DNA from: Opitutaceae bacterium
GTDB taxonomy: Bacteria; Verrucomicrobiota; Verrucomicrobiia; Opitutales; Opitutaceae
Assembly (NCBI GenBank): GCA_044344065.1
Contig: JBIJDP010000001.1
Location: 1-28,183 of the forward strand
Direction of reading: 5' to 3'
DNA: 28,183 nt
Shown here in pieces: positions 27,663 through 28,183 of this stretch. Numbering within the stretch: position 1 is the stretch's first letter; each line of letters starts with the position of its first letter. Both the position numbers and the translations under genes were made by a program. The notes beneath the pieces were generated by a model. The model searched no databases. It was not told the origin of the DNA and saw nothing but the letters and a program-made list of their open reading frames with translations.

Positions 27663-28183
27663 ATGGTTAAAGAAGAAAAAGAGCACACCAAACATACTCC
27701 TTTCATGCGCCAGTACATGGCGCTCAAGGCTAACCATCCGAACACGCTGCTCTTCTACCGGATGGGCGATTTCTACGAGCTGTTCCACGACGATGCCGAA
27801 AAGGCGGCGCGGCTGCTCGATATCACGCTGACCACGCGCGGCCAGTCGGCCGGCGTGCCGATCAGGATGTGCGGTATTCCCTTCCATTCGCTGGAGCCCT
27901 ACCTCGCCCGTCTGGTCAAGCTCGGCGAATCGGCGGTGATCTGCGAGCAGATCGGAGATCCGGCGACCAGCAAGGGGCCGGTCGAGCGGGCTGTGGCGCG
28001 CATCGTGACGCCGGGCACGCTGACCGACGCGGCGCTGATCGACGACAAGCGCGATGTCTGGCTGCTCGCGGTGACCACGAACAGAAACACTGCCGGCATC
28101 GCCCGGCTGAACCTGGCCAGTGGCGAATTCGTGCTGCTCGAAGTGCCGGCCGAGCAAATTCCGGCGACGCTGGAGCGCATCCG
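27663..28183 (+). CDS. mutS: DNA mismatch repair protein MutS (5' part, runs off the window) with an island-supplied N-terminus
   Basis: My translation from ATG 27663: [60 protein letters not shown]...GIPFHS...VICEQIGDP...[14 protein letters not shown]. Missing from the ORF track because no stop is reached. Confidence 0.97.
   Translation, partial: MVKEEKEHTKHTPFMRQYMALKANHPNTLLFYRMGDFYELFHDDAEKAARLLDITLTTRGQSAGVPIRMCGIPFHSLEPYLARLVKLGESAVICEQIGDPATSKGPVERAVARIVTPGTLTDAALIDDKRDVWLLAVTTNRNTAGIARLNLASGEFVLLEVPAEQIPATLERI
27705..27712 (+). repeat. attR core ATGCGCCA
   Basis: Identical to 11201-11208; marks the switch from AT-rich island sequence to GC-rich mutS coding sequence. Confidence 0.85.

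Larger units (their letters stand above)
11201..27712. mobile_element. Genomic island integrated in the mutS 5' end, carrying defence cargo; no integrase seen
   Basis: Direct repeat ATGCGCCA at 11201-11208 and 27705-27712 (ATGCGCCA-t/g-TAC); split mutS on either side; AT-rich ends with IHF-like sites. Confidence 0.9.

Noticed and set aside
27630-28157. 175-aa minus-strand ORF (and 27899-28180)
   Set aside because: Antisense shadow of mutS, which is clearly encoded on the plus strand.

Overview
Probably a betaproteobacterial chromosome segment (Rhodocyclales-like; inferred from gene content). A core housekeeping block (guaA, guaB, DUF4124, ratB/ratA, smpB, response regulator, Hpt, tRNA-Asp, menD, queF) lies between two accessory elements. 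On the left (1-2122) is one end of a P4-type integrase island inserted at the 3' end of guaA, with excisionase, AlpA, integrase, candidate arm repeats and an IHF site. On the right is a ~16.5-kb island (11201-27712) inserted into the HTPMMRQY motif at the 5' end of mutS. The native mutS start (MNAPAAPDLSKHTPMMR) is stranded behind queF, the 8-bp core ATGCGCCA is duplicated, and the island supplies a replacement N-terminus ([18 protein letters not shown]) that restores the mutS frame. No integrase is visible in this island. Its cargo is a WYL-headed Mza-type anti-phage operon (ankyrin-sigma70, MORC/MutL-like ATPase, Z1, DUF4420 nuclease, AIPR). The operon has an extra, translationally coupled macrodomain gene between mzaC and mzaD and ends in vsr, which converges on a separately promoted C5 DNA methyltransferase. 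All family assignments come from motif recognition by eye; no database searches were run.
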